A stretch of 63,372 nt of DNA, the filler included, from Folioceros fuciformis (taxonomy: Eukaryota): NCBI GenBank assembly GCA_049999805.1. It is 4 parts of 3 records of this genome, joined end to end, with 100 filler letters (N's around TTAATTAATTAA, not from the genome) between each part and the next. Parts side by side here need not be neighbours in the genome. Positions count along the whole stretch, not along the records: positions 62,158 to 63,372 come from JBNGIO010006301.1; 3 more parts are not named here. One strand, given 5' to 3'. Made by a program: the position numbers and the translations under genes. Below the pieces are notes generated by a model. It ran no database searches. It had not been told where the DNA came from and saw nothing but the letters and a program-made list of their open reading frames with translations. This document shows, piece by piece, positions 62,158 to 63,372 of the stretch (positions are counted from its first letter, which is position 1; every line of letters starts with the position of its first letter).

Positions 62158-63372
62158 ATATACTAAGATTCTATAATGGCTGTTGCAGGGGTTCAACCTT
62201 TGAGACTTCAATTAAATGCTATCAGGTCAGCAGAGTCAGAGTATGTTTACAGCATTAGCAGGTCTGATAGCAAACTCTTGTTCTCTAACTCTGTTTGCTA
62301 CTCTTTGGTTTCTAATCTCCCACTTATTGAATGCATACACTAAGCAGGAAGGGCAAGAGTTTGGGACACCAAACATATGCTTCTTACTTGTTTTCTTAGC
62401 GTGTTTACAGGCTACTCCCCTGTGTGCTAGGTTAGCAAGTAATTGTGGCTTTAACAAGGTAAGAAGTTTAAAGTCCAAATGCCCTATCTATTCTTGCAAG
62501 TCTCTTACATCTATACTAGTTGCAGAGACTTGACTCAGAATACTGCTGAAACGTGTATCTATGTGCTCTTGATGTGCCTCAATTCTATTGACTAATTGAG
62601 TGACACTTGTGGCAGGTGCAACGTGTGTTGTTAGAAAGCCTCTATGATGACCATTTCCATCAAAAGCTCTCTGTACGCGCACTTCTGGGAGATTATCAGG
62701 GTTACGAGGTGGAAGGGCTATAATCAAGTGGTGCTGGTCAGGGAATATCACTTCAATTAAGGTATTGTAGGATTCCCTTACTTCCAACGCAAGCACTGGC
62801 TGATGCTGATTCCTTGCAATCCATTCAGCCACATGTTGATTAAGTTGATCAACAATGATGTTCCTTGCAGCTTGCGCACCTTGCCCCCTGCGGCGATTTT
62901 GATGCTGTGGAATTCGCTCAGCGGGGCGGGGATGCCATTGATGTCCTTCCAACTGGTTGGCCATTCATAAGGCCAACATGTGTGTTGTTTTGTAATTTCT
63001 ATTTATCATTGTATTGTATATAAAATGTTAACAATCTACCTGTAGATTAGGTAGTTGTCCTAGCGCACTTCCTCTGAAATTGCTAAGATAGCAATTCAGA
63101 AAATGTGCGCCAAGATCACTTCCTTAATTTTGCCAGGAATTGTTAAATGCCTATACAAGAAAACAACACAAAAAATGTATTCTTTTGAATTTTGCATTCT
63201 TGATCAAGAAAACATTTTCTTTCTTGAATCAAAACAACAAAATTATTTCTAAATGCATTTTCTTCAAATGCATTTTTCAATGTGCATTAATTAAAATGCA
63301 ATCTATATAATCTGCTCTGATACCATGTTATTTTAAATGGGATTTACAGATTATTCAAATCAAATAGAATTG
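62158..63372 (-). mobile_element. 5' part of a minus-strand reverse-transcribing element: LTR-like end, Met PBS and an unidentified first ORF
   Basis: gctctgatacca at 63314-63325 (reverse complement of TGGTATCAGAGC) abuts tgtta (a CA end on the minus strand). ORF 62964-62236 has one internal TAG. Confidence 0.7.

Overview
Eukaryotic nuclear DNA from a land plant with a compact gene space and short (~80-120 bp) introns, which suggests a non-seed plant such as a lycophyte or hornwort (inference only). Positions ~3.1-46.3 kb are a dense block of ordinary host genes: POR, a VPS13X-type lipid-transfer gene, LMW-PTP, a WEX-like exonuclease, TAM41, Tm-1-like, HMG-CoA lyase, BRX1, an LRR receptor kinase and a HIR/SPFH gene. 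A Copia + pogo remnant interrupts this block at 23.4-26.5 kb. From ~47.8 kb to the end lies a nest of transposable elements: a two-LTR Copia without a target-site duplication, a LINE fragment and a minus-strand LTR-type element. The most notable feature is at ~55.2-60.9 kb. It is a decayed but frameshift-free 4-exon gene (~1,249 codons) that fuses a ParB/Srx-like domain to a prokaryote-type beta-class N6A/N4C DNA amino-methyltransferase. It is divergent from a probable Sola/DUF7869-like transposase N-terminus, and its third intron holds seven 26-bp palindromes at an exact 42-bp (four helical turn) period. I interpret this as a candidate DNA transposon carrying its own ParB-methyltransferase and cognate binding array. 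All protein family calls come from motif recognition by eye; no searches were run.
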